From Malacoraja senta (lineage: Eukaryota), in contig CM075993.1 in NCBI GenBank assembly GCA_038087875.1, positions 2,544,001-2,608,000 on the forward strand: a stretch of DNA of 64,000 bases. Direction: 5' to 3'. The notes under the pieces are model-generated. The model ran no database searches and was not told where the DNA came from. It worked only from the letters and a program-made list of their open reading frames with translations. The position numbers and the translations under genes are program-made. Shown piece after piece: positions 61,608-64,000 of this stretch. Each line of letters opens with the position of its first letter. The stretch's first letter is position 1.

Positions 61608-62262
61608 TACATTACAATCGTGTCATGGAGGGGGTGAGGTGTACTGTCCAAGATGTCCTGCTGTTTGAGGAGCATCCTCCCCTCCAAGACCACTTCCCAT
61701 GCATCCACCTCCACCCCCAGGACAGAGCCAGCCTTCATGATGAGCTTGTTAACCCTGCTGTCGTCCGCAGCCTTCACCCTGCTGCCCATCCAAGCGGTTC
61801 TTAAATGGCACTATCGTATCAGCTTCAATCACCACCCCCTGGTAAAAACATTCCAGGCATTAGCCACCCTGTGTAAAAAACTTGCCCAGCCCATCTTTAA
61901 ACTTTTCCCCTATCACATAGCTGAGAGTTGTTTTGCTTGCAATTAGTACCCAGCCCAAATTGCCTTGGAAAAGTGGCAATCAGATATCTTCCACAAGCAC
62001 CGTTTCCATGGTATATAACTCAGAGCACTCAGTCGTATGTTTATTCAATACATAATTTGAGCATTTAACTTGGCCTATGCCACTGCTATGGTTTTTATTC
62101 TCCTTACTACAAGTTAAAGTTGTAATGTACTCTACATCCTAATAACCCACTGCAAGAATAAAACTGCTCACATGTCACTCAACCAGTTCTTGCCTCAGTC
62201 ATTTACTGATGATCATTGTCCTTGTGAAAAATAGTGGAATGACAGATAATTTATCCATCAAT

Positions 62263-62785
62263 CATAGTCATAGAGTGATAGTGTGGAAACAGGCCCTTCA
62301 GCCCAACATGTCCCAGCTACACTAGTCCCACCTGCCTGCGTTTGGTCCATATCGCTCCAAACCTGTCCTATCCATGTACCTGGTAGACAAAAATGCTGGA
62401 GTAACTCAGCAGGTGAGGCAGCATCTATGGAGTGAAGGAAATAGGCAACGTTTCGGGTCGAAACCCTTCTTCAGAGGATAGGTTTCGGCCCAAAACATTG
62501 TCTATTTCCTTTGCTCCATAGATGCTGCCTCACCCTTTGAGTTTCTCCAGCATTTTTGTCTACCTTGGATTTTCCAGCATCTGCAGTTCCTTCTTAAACT
62601 TAACTATCCAAGTACCTGTCTGTTTCTTAAATGTTGGGATAGTCCCAGCCTCAACTACCTCCTCTGGCAGCTTGTTCCATACACCCACCACTCTTTGCGT
62701 GAAAAAGTTACCCCTCAGTTTCGTTAAATCTTTTCACCTTCACCTTCCTCTTATCCTCCATTCCCCTACTCTGGGCAAGAGACTT
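62263..62785 (-). mobile_element. CR1 3' fragment with a nested foldback mini-element (62383-62603)
   Basis: TSD CTATCCA(T/A)GTACCTG at 62368-62382 / 62604-62618. Confidence 0.82.
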
Positions 62786-63566
62786 TTTTTTCCATTTATA
62801 ACTAGCCGATTAACCTACAAACCTGCACGTCTTTGGAGTGTGGGAGGAAACCAAAGATCTCGGAGAAAACCCACGCAGTCACAGAGAATGCATAAACTCC
62901 ATCCAGCCGGGATAATATAATGGGAGAAATTAGATCCCACAAATTCCAGAATCTGAGCCCCACAAATTAACGGGTACTTTGATCGGCTTCTTTCAAGCAG
63001 GTACTTTTGATCCATTACCTTGATATTAGTAGAAATATACTGGAATAAAGGATTATATCACCAAGAGACAAAATAGTGATTGAGGAGAGTCCATTTGGAT
63101 TTATAGACCGACTGGATGTTTGAGAAGGTACCCAGTGGAAGCCAGCATGTCACACATTTGCATTTTCAGGTTTTACAATGACCCACAGGAGGCTAGTGAA
63201 CAAGCACATGGAGCTGGGAGCAATATGCAACTATGACCCAAGTTGGTTGATAGAAAGAATACAGTAATACATGTCTATAGACAATAGGTTCCCGGTGAGA
63301 GGGCCTGAACATCGGGCTGCCCGTAGCGGTGACTACGGGGTGCTCGGGAGGCCCCGACCACGGTTGAACATTGGGGAACATCAGCGAGGAGGTTGACTGG
63401 ACTTTGGTTCCTTCCCTCACAGTGGGGAACTTTGGTGCCGCTGTGGGGATGTTTGTGTTGTGGACTACTGTGTTCTGTGTTTTTTTAATTTTATTTTTTT
63501 GTATGACTAAGGGAAAAATAATGTTGTTCTCTTCATTGAAGACAATGACAATAAATTAAATCAAAT

Positions 63567-63780
63567 CAATAGGTGCAGGAGTAGGTCATTCGGCCCTTCG
63601 AGCCAGCACCCCACCATTCACTATGATCATCCACAATCAGTACCCCGATCCTGCCTTCTCCCCATATCCCTCGACTCCGCTATCTTTTAGAGCTCTAACT
63701 CTTTCTTGAAAGCATCCAGAGAATTGGCTTCTACTGCCTACCGAGGCAGAGAATCCCAGATTCACAACTCTCTGGGTGAA
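63567..63780 (-). mobile_element. CR1 3' end
   Basis: ALKDSGVEGYGEKAGSGY peptide. Confidence 0.82.
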
Positions 63781-64000
63781 AGATGGTAAATTGGTCTTTC
63801 GCAGGTTGGCTTCAGCTGGGATACCATGGGGACCCGTGCTCAGTAATACGGCAAGTGGAACACAATAGCACTCAAGCAGAAACACAAAACATAAGAGGTG
63901 GCACAGTATAGAGTTGCTGCCTTGCAGCACCGGAGACAGGCGTTCGATCCCGACTGTGGGTGCAGTCTGGATGAAGTTTGTCTATTCTTCCAGTGCCCTG

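Overview
This is repeat-dense, essentially non-coding vertebrate DNA. It is very probably from an elasmobranch (skate, ray or shark), inferred from the HE1-like tRNA SINE paired with CR1 LINEs that share its 3' tail. Most of the window is nested transposon debris: many 5'-truncated CR1 LINE 3' ends in several subfamilies, about 20 tRNA-derived SINE copies, a decayed Rex-Babar LINE (APE + RT), a young 5'-truncated Ingi/Vingi-type RT, L1 3' ends, Penelope-like (GIY-YIG) fragments with dozens of derived short or foldback repeats, PIF/Harbinger-type MITEs with 3-bp TSDs, and TE-seeded minisatellites. No host protein-coding gene can be named; the best candidate is one 96-bp minus-strand exon-like segment at 44751-44846. 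There is a tRNA-Leu(AAG) pseudogene at 18285-18366. The most interesting signals are RNA-structural. First, a ~140-nt TSD-flanked retroposon begins exactly with a minimal 54-nt HDV-like ribozyme (42523-42576, minus). Second, a family of foldback, TSD-flanked Penelope-derived mini-elements carries minimal hammerhead ribozyme cores or half-cores. All calls come from reading the sequence by eye; no database search or folding program was run, and many TE boundaries are approximate.
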